From positions 141,861 through 205,860 of the forward strand of contig CAZWIT010000001.1 of assembly GCA_964633905.1 (NCBI GenBank): 64,000 bases of DNA. Direction: 5' to 3'. This document shows, one piece after another, positions 50,522-59,192 of the stretch. Under the pieces are notes generated by a model, which saw nothing but the letters and a program-made list of their open reading frames with translations, ran no database searches and was not told the DNA's origin. Position 1 is the stretch's first letter. Each line of letters starts with the position of its first letter. The stretch comes from an uncultured Gammaproteobacteria bacterium (GTDB lineage: Bacteria > Patescibacteriota > Patescibacteriia > UBA1558 > GWA2-36-10). The position numbers and the translations under genes were made by a program.

Positions 50522-50635
50522 ATGAGGCGTTTGCGATTGGTTTGGGAGTGGATCTGGGGACTTAGTTTATTATTGCTTATTGTTCTAGTTGTTTTGTCAG
50601 TTTATGTGCCTTGGTGGCAGATTTTTAAGCATTGA
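50522..50635 (+). CDS. small membrane peptide (37 aa)
   Basis: AAGGAGG 7 nt upstream of ATG 50522; single TM. Confidence 0.35.
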   Translation: MRRLRLVWEWIWGLSLLLLIVLVVLSVYVPWWQIFKH

Positions 50636-50730
50636 TCCCAAGAGTCATAGAACTTTTGGGATTTTTTATTCTTGTCTAAAACTTTAAAATTTGCTAAAAT
50701 ATTCCTGCTTTTATTATTAAAATATAGTTT

Positions 50731-52032
50731 ATGACCCGAAAATTAAAGTCATTTATTTTTTTTCTTTTAGAAATAGCGATTTTATCTATTATTTTACATT
50801 ATACGCGTGAGCAATTAATACATAGTCATAATCATGAAGTTTCCGTTTTTTTACCAATGTTGATTGATATTGCCTTTTTGGCTTTATTTGCTTCTTTTGG
50901 TGGTCGTTTGGCCAGCATGCTGCACATTGCTCCTATGGCTGGCAAAATTATTATGGGCATTGTAGCTGGGCCAGCTATTATTGGTGTTATTGATCCTTAT
51001 GCTGAAGGTGTAGAATTAGCGCGCTTGGCTGGTGTTTTGTTTATTTTATTTGAAGCTGGTTTGCATTTTGACATGGCCTTACTTAAGAAAAATATTGTAT
51101 TGGCTACTTTAGTTGCTTGCGTGGGCGTATTAATACCTTTAGTTAGTTTTACAATATTGGGTTATTATGTAATGCACTTAGCTTTGATTCCTAGTATATT
51201 TTTAGGGGGAGTTTTTACTGCTACTTCGGTTGGTTTATCAGTTGAGGCTTTAAAACGAGCTGGTAAATTAGAAACTAATGTTGGCAATATTATTGTTGGC
51301 GCAGCTGTCTTGGATGATATTTTGGGTGTGGTAATATTAACAGTCTTGGCTAAGTTAGCGGCTACTGGCGAAGCGGCTAGCAGTCCTTTTGGTTTAAATC
51401 CTTTTGCGTGGTTGACTATAGCTGTTATTGTTTTTATGGCCGCAACTTATATGTTATGGAGCTGGGGGTTAGCTCATAAAATTGCTACTTATTTAAATAA
51501 TAATTATACACACAATAGCACCGGCATTTTTACTAGATTCTTTTTTGCTATGCTTATGATTGGTGCAGCACTAGCTGCTATGATTGGTTTAGAACCGGTT
51601 TTAGGAGCTTTTGGCATTGGCGTTGTTTTATCTAAAGTAGATAATGAAATTAAGCATGAAGCTTGGGCAAAGTTAGAAGGTTATATGCATATTTTTGTGG
51701 GTGCATTTTTGGTTAGTATTGGCACGATGTTGCCTCGCAGTTCTTTGGTGGAATTAAAAGTTTGGTTATGGGCTTTATTATTCACTGCACTTGCTTTTGT
51801 AGGAAAATATTTAACTAAATATTTTATTAAAGATAAGGAAGAAGGTTTATTAGTTGGCTTGGCAATGACAATTCGAGGTGAAGTCGGCTTAGTATTCGTA
51901 GCAGTAGCTTTAGCAAGTCGTGCTTTGTCGGACACCTTGGCTTCCTCAGCTTTACTAGCAGTAATACTAGTTACAGTGGTAGGGGCAATTTTATTTGAAA
52001 AGGCTGTGCAGACTAAAAAAGTTTCAGCTTAG
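50731..52032 (+). CDS. cation:proton antiporter (CPA/Kef-type membrane domain)
   Basis: 433 aa; about 12 TM; Na+/H+ exchanger family pattern. Confidence 0.7.
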   Translation: MTRKLKSFIFFLLEIAILSIILHYTREQLIHSHNHEVSVFLPMLIDIAFLALFASFGGRLASMLHIAPMAGKIIMGIVAGPAIIGVIDPYAEGVELARLAGVLFILFEAGLHFDMALLKKNIVLATLVACVGVLIPLVSFTILGYYVMHLALIPSIFLGGVFTATSVGLSVEALKRAGKLETNVGNIIVGAAVLDDILGVVILTVLAKLAATGEAASSPFGLNPFAWLTIAVIVFMAATYMLWSWGLAHKIATYLNNNYTHNSTGIFTRFFFAMLMIGAALAAMIGLEPVLGAFGIGVVLSKVDNEIKHEAWAKLEGYMHIFVGAFLVSIGTMLPRSSLVELKVWLWALLFTALAFVGKYLTKYFIKDKEEGLLVGLAMTIRGEVGLVFVAVALASRALSDTLASSALLAVILVTVVGAILFEKAVQTKKVSA

Positions 52033-52135
52033 TTATATTTTAAAAACCAGTCATTTTAAGGTGATTGGTTTTTTATTTAGCTCAAAAATATGCTATACTA
52101 AAAAATAATAAGCTAATTATTAATTTTATTAAAAT

Positions 52136-52873
52136 ATGCTTTTAGATAATAAAATAGCAATTGTGACAGGCGCTGCTGCTGGGATTGGCTTGGCAATTGC
52201 CGAAAAGTTTTTAAGCGAAGGAGCCAAGGTGGTTTTATCAGATATTAATGAAAATAAAGAAATTATTGCTAAATATCCAGAGCAAGCCATTTTTGTTAAG
52301 TGTGATGTTTCTCAGTCTGCAGAAGTAGACGCTTTACTAGCTGAGGCGCTTAAAAAATTTGGTCGTTTGGATATTATGGTCAACAACGCTGGTATTGCCA
52401 CTGCTGGCACGGCTAGTGATACTAGTGATGAAATTTGGCACAAGACTATTGAGGTTAATTTATCTGGTGTTTTTTATGGTGTGCGCGCAGCCGCTAAAAC
52501 AATGTTAGCTCAAAAGAGTGCTGGTGTTATTATTAATACTACTTCAATTGCAGGTTCAGTTGGTTTTGCCGGCTCTTTAGCTTATTGCAGTTCTAAGGGC
52601 GGTATTACTCAACTTACTAGAGCAGCGGCAGTTGATTTAGCACCAGCTGGTATTAGGGTCAATGCCATTGCTCCAGGCGTGATTGATACTAATATGACTA
52701 AATCATATTTAGCTGATCCAGGCTTTCAACAATTAGTAAGCAGCATGACGCCACTAGGTCATGTAGGCAAAGCAGTTGATATTGCTAATGCCGCTTTATA
52801 TTTAGCTAGTGATTTATCCAGCTATGTCACTGGTCAGATTTTGCATGTTGATGGTGGTTGGACAACTAAATAA
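52136..52873 (+). CDS. SDR-family oxidoreductase (FabG-like)
   Basis: TGAAAGIG cofactor motif; catalytic YxxxK (YCSSK). Confidence 0.85.
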   Translation: MLLDNKIAIVTGAAAGIGLAIAEKFLSEGAKVVLSDINENKEIIAKYPEQAIFVKCDVSQSAEVDALLAEALKKFGRLDIMVNNAGIATAGTASDTSDEIWHKTIEVNLSGVFYGVRAAAKTMLAQKSAGVIINTTSIAGSVGFAGSLAYCSSKGGITQLTRAAAVDLAPAGIRVNAIAPGVIDTNMTKSYLADPGFQQLVSSMTPLGHVGKAVDIANAALYLASDLSSYVTGQILHVDGGWTTK

Positions 52874-52905
52874 TTTTAAAATAATTTATAATTAATTATA
52901 AAATT

Positions 52906-53370
52906 ATGAAAAAAATATCATTATTTATTAGTATCTTTATATTTACTAGTTTTTTGACTGGGCCTGTTTATGCAGAAACCAGCTTTAAAGACAAATGGCA
53001 AGATATACAATGGTTAAGCTTTAAAAAAGCCACTACTACCCAATCTGTTAATCTAAGTTGTGTGCAAACAGCCGTTGGTGTAAGGGAAAAAGCTATTTTA
53101 GATAGTTATGAAGTTATATCTAGTGGCATTAAAAATGCTCTTAGTATTCGTCAGACAGAACTTTTAGCTGCTTGGGGTATTAGTAATGATAAAGAAAGAC
53201 GGACAGCTAGAAAAGTCGCTTGGGATAAGTTTAATAAGCAGGTTAAAGATTTGCGTAAAAATTATAAAAATTCGGTTAATGCTGTTTGGAAAAAATATAA
53301 TGCTGATACTAAAAGTTGTAGCGTAAATACTCAAGGCGTTGAATCTTCAAGTAGCGATTTATCTTTATAA
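52906..53370 (+). CDS. secreted hypothetical protein
   Basis: Signal peptide; 154 aa. Confidence 0.5.
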   Translation: MKKISLFISIFIFTSFLTGPVYAETSFKDKWQDIQWLSFKKATTTQSVNLSCVQTAVGVREKAILDSYEVISSGIKNALSIRQTELLAAWGISNDKERRTARKVAWDKFNKQVKDLRKNYKNSVNAVWKKYNADTKSCSVNTQGVESSSSDLSL

Positions 53371-53449
53371 AATAACCAAATAGCTCAGCTAATTGGCTGA
53401 GCTATTTAAATATGCTAAAATTATAATATAAATTTTTAAGTATAAAAAT

Positions 53450-54115
53450 ATGTCAAATTTTGAAACAGCTAGCTCTACTCAAAATCAAGAATTTGGAGCT
53501 GATGTCTTATTAGACCAGTATGCGGAATTACTGGCTGGTAGAGAAGAAAAAGATATTGAGGACAAGGCAACTTTAGCAGAGTTATCAAGGCTTAAGGCTG
53601 CTATACTTTTGGCTCAATCAACGGCTAAAAAAATTGACAAAGAATTAAGTTGGGCCGGAACCAGGGCCAAGGAGGGCATTGCTTTAACACAAGAATCAGT
53701 AAAAGCTACAAAAGTAGATGATGTTAAATTAGCTTGGGAAAAATCTGATCCAGATGCTAACATTAACGCCATGATGGATCATTTAGAGAATCGAGAGCGA
53801 GCAAGACAAAGAGAAATGAATGATGTTCGTATAAAAATTAATTCAATTTTTCGCGAGATTACAGAAACAAGGCGTAAGATTTTAGAAGAGATTTTGCCAT
53901 ACTGTAAAAATGAATATAAACTGGGCATTGAAAATAGCTTGTCTAGATTAATGGATGAAATAGTTCAGCTTAATGAAGATTTAAACCATGACTCATGGGA
54001 AAGTAGTTTTGGCATAGAACAAGCTCAAGAATATGCTCAAGAATTTGGAGTCTTAAGCAGCCAAATGAAGACTTTGTATGAAGACAGTTTGGATGATTTA
54101 ACAGATTTAGACTAA
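53450..54115 (+). CDS. hypothetical acidic coiled-coil protein
   Basis: 221-aa ORF. Confidence 0.5.
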   Translation: MSNFETASSTQNQEFGADVLLDQYAELLAGREEKDIEDKATLAELSRLKAAILLAQSTAKKIDKELSWAGTRAKEGIALTQESVKATKVDDVKLAWEKSDPDANINAMMDHLENRERARQREMNDVRIKINSIFREITETRRKILEEILPYCKNEYKLGIENSLSRLMDEIVQLNEDLNHDSWESSFGIEQAQEYAQEFGVLSSQMKTLYEDSLDDLTDLD

Positions 54116-54164
54116 AGTAAGCCCCGTACTTGTTACGGGGTTTTTGTTATTAAGATTTAATATA

Positions 54165-54193
54165 TTGACATTTTATCATTTTTTTGTTATAGT
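54165..54193 (+). promoter_or_regulatory. consensus promoter TTGACA-N17-TATAGT driving element R1
   Basis: TTGACA 54165-54170, TATAGT 54188-54193. Confidence 0.5.
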
Positions 54194-54199
54194 CCTATA

Positions 54200-54550
54200 T
54201 CAGTACATTAAATCGGAGGGCTCCCTATGGGACCATGGAATAAAGGGCAGCCTTCTGCTCAATATGTCCTGGCTCTAATGAGCCCTCCTGCAAGCGCGGC
54301 CTAGAGAAGCATATCGCTTTTCGGCCGCAAGAGGCGACGCATCGTCGCCTGTGGCACTCTGCCACCGCTTCTTCGGTAAGCGAGAGACTGAAGCGTATAG
54401 CACCCCGTAGGAGAAGTTCCTGGTGAGGATTACCAGGACTGACCGCGTGCGGTGAGGTAGCCAACGATAAGGGCCGAAGGTGGGGACATGACTAAGGTTG
54501 AAGTAAGGACTAACACTTACTAGACTAAAAGTTTCTCCCCACTTTTTTAT
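54200..54550 (+). ncRNA. unclassified GC-rich structured RNA R1 (about 350 nt)
   Basis: At least 7 perfect hairpins (for example GGCGACGcatCGTCGCC, GTGGCActcTGCCAC, CCTGGTgaggattACCAGG); long-range GGAGGGCTC/GAGCCCTCC pairing; promoter plus terminal GGGGA...TCCCC-TTTTTT; GC far above flanks. Confidence 0.45.
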
Positions 54551-54575
54551 TTTGTTTAAAAATATGGTAAAATAT

Positions 54576-54598
54576 ACCCATAAAAATTTTTTATGGGT
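54576..54598 (+). promoter_or_regulatory. perfect 11-bp inverted repeat ACCCATAAAAA-t-TTTTTATGGGT spanning the hydB start codon
   Basis: Direct reading; ATG 54593 lies in the 3' arm. Confidence 0.35.
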
Positions 54599-55567
54599 AT
54601 TGATATTATTAATCAATTAAAAAGTGCTAATTTGTTGGGTAGAGGTGGAGCAGCCTTTCCTACTTGGCAAAAATGGGAATTGGTTAAAAATTTTAAATCT
54701 GATAAAAAATACATTGTAGCCAATGGTTCTGAGGGTGAACCTGGTACTTTGAAAGATGGCTATATTTTAGCTAACTATCCAGAACAATTAATTACTGGTA
54801 TCAAGATTGCTTTAGAAACAATTGATCATTCAGAAGCCTTTATTTTTTTGAATAAACAATATTTTCGCCAACATAAAGAACGTTTAACTAAATTAATTGG
54901 AAAATTACCAATTACTATTTTTGAAGAGCAGGGCGGCTATTTGTCTGGCGAAGAAACTATGATTTGCCAGGAAATTGAAAAGTCATTATTAAGGCCAAGG
55001 CAAAAACCACCTTTTACTGCTCAAGTTGGAATTTGGGGAAAGCCGACTTTAATTAATAATATTGAAACTTTTTACTATGTAGCTAAAATTGCAACTGCTG
55101 AGTACAAGCAAACTAGATTTTATTCTATTTCTGGTGATATTCCTTATGCTGGTGTTTATGAATTTCCACTTGCTTGGGATATAAACAAAGTGTTACTGGA
55201 AAGTAATAATTGGCCGCAAGGAGATTTTTTTGTTAGTGTTGGCGGTGGTGCTAGCGGTGAGATTTTGCTGGCGCATGAATTGCATCGACCTACGCCTGGC
55301 GGTGGAGTGATTGTGGTTTATGATAAAAAACACACTGATCCTTATCAGCTTTTAGTAAAGTGGGCTGATTTTTTTATTGCGGAAAATTGTGATAAATGTA
55401 CGCCTTGTCGGGAGGGTATTTATCGTTTGCGTGAAATGTTTAAAACACGCAATCTTGATAAAAAAACTATGGCTGAGTTGATTTTTATTTTAGAAAATAC
55501 TAGTTTTTGCCCTTTGGGTAAGATGGCGGCTTTGCCTTTTAAAACTTTAGTTAGTAAATTATTATGA
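54593..55567 (+). CDS. hydB: [FeFe]-hydrogenase-associated flavoprotein subunit (NuoF/HydB-like, NADH- and FMN-binding, 4Fe-4S)
   Basis: 324 aa; GRGGAAFPT, CDKCTPCREG motifs of NuoF family; translationally coupled to hydA. Confidence 0.75.
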   Translation: MGIDIINQLKSANLLGRGGAAFPTWQKWELVKNFKSDKKYIVANGSEGEPGTLKDGYILANYPEQLITGIKIALETIDHSEAFIFLNKQYFRQHKERLTKLIGKLPITIFEEQGGYLSGEETMICQEIEKSLLRPRQKPPFTAQVGIWGKPTLINNIETFYYVAKIATAEYKQTRFYSISGDIPYAGVYEFPLAWDINKVLLESNNWPQGDFFVSVGGGASGEILLAHELHRPTPGGGVIVVYDKKHTDPYQLLVKWADFFIAENCDKCTPCREGIYRLREMFKTRNLDKKTMAELIFILENTSFCPLGKMAALPFKTLVSKLL

Positions 55568-57282
55568 CTAGTTTTCATATAAAAATTAATGGTAAAGATT
55601 GCCTAGCTCAAGAAGGGCAAACAATTTTAGCAGTAGCAAAAATAAATAATATTAATATTCCAACTCTTTGCTATCATCCAGATATCAAGGTTCAAGCTAG
55701 CTGTCGTTTATGTGTGGTGGAGATCAAAGGCAAAAACGGTATGTTTACTGCTTGTTCTACCCAAATAGCAGACGGCATGGAAATTCAAACAGATACACCG
55801 TCTATTAGACTAGCACGTTTAAATAATTTACAACTTATTTTTTCTGAACATTGCGAAGAATGTAATGATTGTATTTTAAAACAAAAATGTTTAATCAAGA
55901 GTTTAGCTAAAGAATACCGGGTGCCAATTACTAAATTTCCCGATCGTAAAAAAGGTTTTCCAGTGCACCAATTTGGGCCAGCTCTACAATTTGATAGCTC
56001 TAAATGTGTTGATTGTGGTTTATGCGTTGATATGTGTAATCAACAAGTCGGATTTTTGGAATACAAAAAAAGAGGGGATTTTTGGGAAGTATGTCCGTCT
56101 GACAAAAAAGATAAAGATTGCATTTATTGTGGACAGTGCTTAACGCATTGCCCAGTTGGTGCTTTTGAAGCAATTGGCGAGTTTGAAGACGTAGATTTGC
56201 CCTTACGTGATAAAACTAAGACAGTTGTTTTTCAATTTGCGCCTTCAATTCGAGCAGCTATTGGTGAAGAATTTGATTTGCCATATGGTTCAGTGGTTAC
56301 TGGGCAGTTAGTAGCCGCTATTAAACAATTAGGCATAAAGCATGTTTTTGATGTTAGTGTTGGCGCTGATGTGACTACTATGGAAGAAGCTGAAGAGTTA
56401 GTTGAGCGGATTAAAACCGGTGGGAAACTGCCAATGTTTACTGCCTGTTGCCCTTCTTGGGTAAAATACATGGAATTTTTTGAACCTAAATTAGTACCGT
56501 ATTTAACAACAGTGCGTTCACCACAAATTATTATGGGTGGTCTGATCAAAACTTATTGGGCGCAAAAACAAGGTATTAATCCAAAAAATATTACTGTTGT
56601 TTCAGTTATGCCTTGTGTGGCCAAAAAATACGAAATTGAAAGACCAGAATTTAAAATTAAAGGTATCAAGCCAGTTGATTATGTAATGACAACTAGAGAA
56701 TTGGCTTGGTTATTTAAGAAAAATAACATTGATTTAAAAGATATTAAGCCAGCAGAGCTTGATCCAGCTTTGGGTATTCCAACTGGGGCCGGTGTGATTT
56801 ATGGTGCTTCTGGCGGCGTGATGGAATCAGCTTTGCGTACTGCTTATTTTAAATTAACTGGAGAAAGATTGGCTAATGTTGAATTTAAAGCAGTGCGCGG
56901 CTTAGAAGGTTTTAAAGAGGCAGAGGTAAAAATTGGCGAGCGAACAATTAAAGTGGCAGTTGTTAACCAAATGTCCAATGGCAAAAAGATTTTAGAAGAG
57001 CTAGCTAAAGATCCTCATAAATATGATTATATTGAAGTAATGTCTTGTCCGGGTGGTTGTATTGGTGGAGGCGGGCAACCAGTGCCAGTAAATGCTGAAA
57101 TTAGAAAAAAACGGGCGCAGGCTTTGTATGATATTGATGCTAGTAAAGATATTCGTCGCGCTGAAGATAGTGTGATTGTCAAGACCTTGTATCAAGAATT
57201 TTTAGCTGATCATAAAAATGTTCACCAGATAGCTCACACTAAATACAGTCCTAAGAAAAAAGAGGTTTACCCCGTCAAATAA
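55564..57282 (+). CDS. hydA: [FeFe] hydrogenase catalytic subunit with N-terminal 2Fe-2S and 4Fe-4S domains
   Basis: 572 aa; H-cluster motifs TACCPSW, MPCVAKKYE, EVMSCPGGCIGGGGQP. Confidence 0.9.
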   Translation: MTSFHIKINGKDCLAQEGQTILAVAKINNINIPTLCYHPDIKVQASCRLCVVEIKGKNGMFTACSTQIADGMEIQTDTPSIRLARLNNLQLIFSEHCEECNDCILKQKCLIKSLAKEYRVPITKFPDRKKGFPVHQFGPALQFDSSKCVDCGLCVDMCNQQVGFLEYKKRGDFWEVCPSDKKDKDCIYCGQCLTHCPVGAFEAIGEFEDVDLPLRDKTKTVVFQFAPSIRAAIGEEFDLPYGSVVTGQLVAAIKQLGIKHVFDVSVGADVTTMEEAEELVERIKTGGKLPMFTACCPSWVKYMEFFEPKLVPYLTTVRSPQIIMGGLIKTYWAQKQGINPKNITVVSVMPCVAKKYEIERPEFKIKGIKPVDYVMTTRELAWLFKKNNIDLKDIKPAELDPALGIPTGAGVIYGASGGVMESALRTAYFKLTGERLANVEFKAVRGLEGFKEAEVKIGERTIKVAVVNQMSNGKKILEELAKDPHKYDYIEVMSCPGGCIGGGGQPVPVNAEIRKKRAQALYDIDASKDIRRAEDSVIVKTLYQEFLADHKNVHQIAHTKYSPKKKEVYPVK

Positions 57283-57299
57283 AAATTAATAAATTTTTT

Positions 57300-57815
57300 A
57301 TGGATAATATTAGAGCCATAGCTGTAGATAAAGTTAAAACTAATTCTTTAGCTACTTGGGTTTCGATTTTAGGCATTGCTTTAGTGGCGCCACTTTTTCC
57401 TTTGCAACAAGTAACTGGGCCAATTATTAATGCCTTGTTATTTATTGCTGTAGTTATGTTGGGTTTAAAACAAAGCTTACCAATTTGTTTTATACCAAGC
57501 GTGATGGCATTACTAGCAGGCTTATTATTGCCGGTAATGATACCGATTGTGCCTTTTATAATGCTGTCGAATGTTGTTTTAGTAGTAAGTTTTTCTTATT
57601 TTTATCAGAAAAATTTTTGGCTAGGTATTGCTATAGCAAGCGCTGTTAAATTTATTTTTATTTGGAGCACTACTTCGGCCATTGCTAATTTATTTATAAA
57701 AACACCGGCGATTGTAAATAAAGTAGCGCAATTGATGAGCTGGCCACAGTTATTTAGTGCTTTACTAGGAGGCTTGCTTGCTTATGCTTTTTTAAAGTTT
57801 ATTAAACGCATTTAA
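57300..57815 (+). CDS. hypothetical polytopic membrane protein
   Basis: 171 aa, 5-6 TM. Confidence 0.5.
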   Translation: MDNIRAIAVDKVKTNSLATWVSILGIALVAPLFPLQQVTGPIINALLFIAVVMLGLKQSLPICFIPSVMALLAGLLLPVMIPIVPFIMLSNVVLVVSFSYFYQKNFWLGIAIASAVKFIFIWSTTSAIANLFIKTPAIVNKVAQLMSWPQLFSALLGGLLAYAFLKFIKRI

Positions 57816-57929
57816 TTTTGATATTTTATTATTTTTTTAAATAGCCTTTACAAAAGGCTATTTTGTTGTTTATAATTATTCTTTATTGTTATTTCCCAGT
57901 TTGAGTTGGACCCTTACAAGGAGGTTGTG

Positions 57930-58253
57930 ATGGATACTAGGCGCAGGACTGATTTTTTTCATGTTTGCCATCTTATGTTACCCGGTCAGGGCTTGCGTTT
58001 GTATTTTTATCGTGATGCTATTGATGGCATTTGTATTTTGTTTAATGATTTGAACAGGCAGTGCTTAGTTGATGAAGATACTCAGCAAAGATTATCGCGC
58101 TTAGTGGAAGCGCGTAACTGGTCGTCAGCTGGTGACCAGATTGTCGACATTTGGCCTTTGCCGAATGATTATATGTTTAATGCTAAATGGTTAGCTGATC
58201 GGATCGGTAAATTTTTGATAGCAGTTGATATTTTGATAAAAACACCTTCTTAA
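57930..58253 (+). CDS. small hypothetical protein (107 aa)
   Basis: AAGGAGG SD before ATG 57930 (the track ORF starts at an upstream TTG); TATAAT at 57871; terminator 58282-58316. Confidence 0.45.
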   Translation: MDTRRRTDFFHVCHLMLPGQGLRLYFYRDAIDGICILFNDLNRQCLVDEDTQQRLSRLVEARNWSSAGDQIVDIWPLPNDYMFNAKWLADRIGKFLIAVDILIKTPS

Positions 58254-58281
58254 AATCGTGAGATAACTCAAACATTTTTTA

Positions 58282-58316
58282 ACCTTCAAGGTCATTCGGC
58301 TTTGAAGGTTGTTTTA
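58282..58316 (+). terminator. intrinsic terminator
   Basis: aaccttcaaggtcattcggctttgaaggtt then GTTTTAT. Confidence 0.5.
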
Positions 58317-58368
58317 TATAAAAAAACCGCTTAATTGGTCACTGCTTGGGCAGGGTAAATTAAGCGGA

Positions 58369-58572
58369 TCAGGGAGCATGTTTTTTTAAAAAAATAGTAA
58401 TAGCAAGTTTTTGTTCATTTTGTGAAAGGATTTCGTATTCGCCTAAAGGTAAGTAGTCAATAACTAACTCAACTTGACCGTTTTGTTCTAGCTGTTGAAG
58501 AATATGGCGAATTACATTGGGGTGAAAATGTAGTTTTTCAAGGGCTTGAGCCAAGGCGTCAACATTACTCAT
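58369..58572 (-). CDS. small hypothetical protein (67 aa)
   Basis: AGGAGCAAGAAG SD; minus-strand promoter TTGACC-N17-TTAAAT upstream; terminator downstream at about 58322-58362. Confidence 0.45.
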   Translation of the reverse strand: MSNVDALAQALEKLHFHPNVIRHILQQLEQNGQVELVIDYLPLGEYEILSQNEQKLAITIFLKKHAP

Positions 58573-58654
58573 CTTCTTGCTCCTATGCTTAGTGAAAAAG
58601 TACTAATGACCATCATAATTTAATCAGGATTTTTTTACTTGGTCAAATTTTTTT

Positions 58655-59085
58655 CAAAAAGAAAAAGCCTCACCAATGGTAAGGCTTTCCGGGCTGGCTT
58701 ATACCTGTGTGGGACCATGTTGTCATAGTCCACAAAAAATTACACAAGTTGGGGAGCCCGTTCTGCGCTAGCGCGTCTGTACCCCGTAGGACGCTCTAGT
58801 TCTGAGGTCTGACCTCAGAAGTGGTGGAGGTTGCCAGGATAAGTCCTGTGTAAGCTGCAGTTTGCAGGTAGCGTTCAACGCTTGTGGCGGAACGACCAGT
58901 CCCTACGAACCAGCGGCTGCTAGCCAAGTTAACTCGAGGCCTTCGAGTCACTTGAGATACCTTTGTTTTGGGTATCCGCAATGTCCAGGTTAGCGCTAAC
59001 CTGAATATCGCAACAAGCAGTTGTCCACAGAGCTTATTAAGCCCCAGCAACCCCCGTCTATTCGATGAACTTTTACGATTTTGTA
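58655..59085. ncRNA. unclassified GC-rich structured RNA R2 (about 400 nt), homologous to R1; strand unresolved
   Basis: Shares TGGGACCATG, ACCCCGTAGGA, GTGGTGGAGG/GGTGAGG and GCCA..GATAAG with R1 in plus orientation; the intervening hairpin covaries. Yet promoter TTGACA-N18-TAGAAT and terminator are on the minus strand. Confidence 0.4.
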
Positions 59086-59192
59086 TTCTAGCATATAATA
59101 AAAAATTTGTCAAGGGTATGGTTATGAGTTTATTTTTAGGCTTGAAATATATAGTTTTTTTAGGTATCATTAAATCATGATTTTTTAATTTT

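Noticed and set aside
50432-50635. 67-aa ORF as annotated by the track
   Set aside because: A strong AAGGAGG sits in front of the internal ATG at 50522, so the 37-aa form is more plausible and the upstream extension is probably untranslated.
54200-54550. R1 as RNase P RNA, tmRNA, SRP RNA, cobalamin riboswitch or T-box
   Set aside because: A partial GGGCUCC.UA.GGG resemblance to RNase P is not accompanied by AGGAAAGUCC or CCGGCUUA. There is no tmRNA T-arm or tag ORF and no B12 box. The T-box-like GGUG..GCCA stretch lacks ACCGCG, and R1 does not precede an amino-acid gene. A second homologous copy (R2) argues against a single-copy housekeeping RNA. It is left unclassified.
54225-54616. Two minus-strand ORFs (79 and 113 aa) over R1
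   Set aside because: Open frames are typical of a GC-rich hairpin-dense segment. There is no SD, they run antisense to a strong promoter, and they overlap the hydB start.
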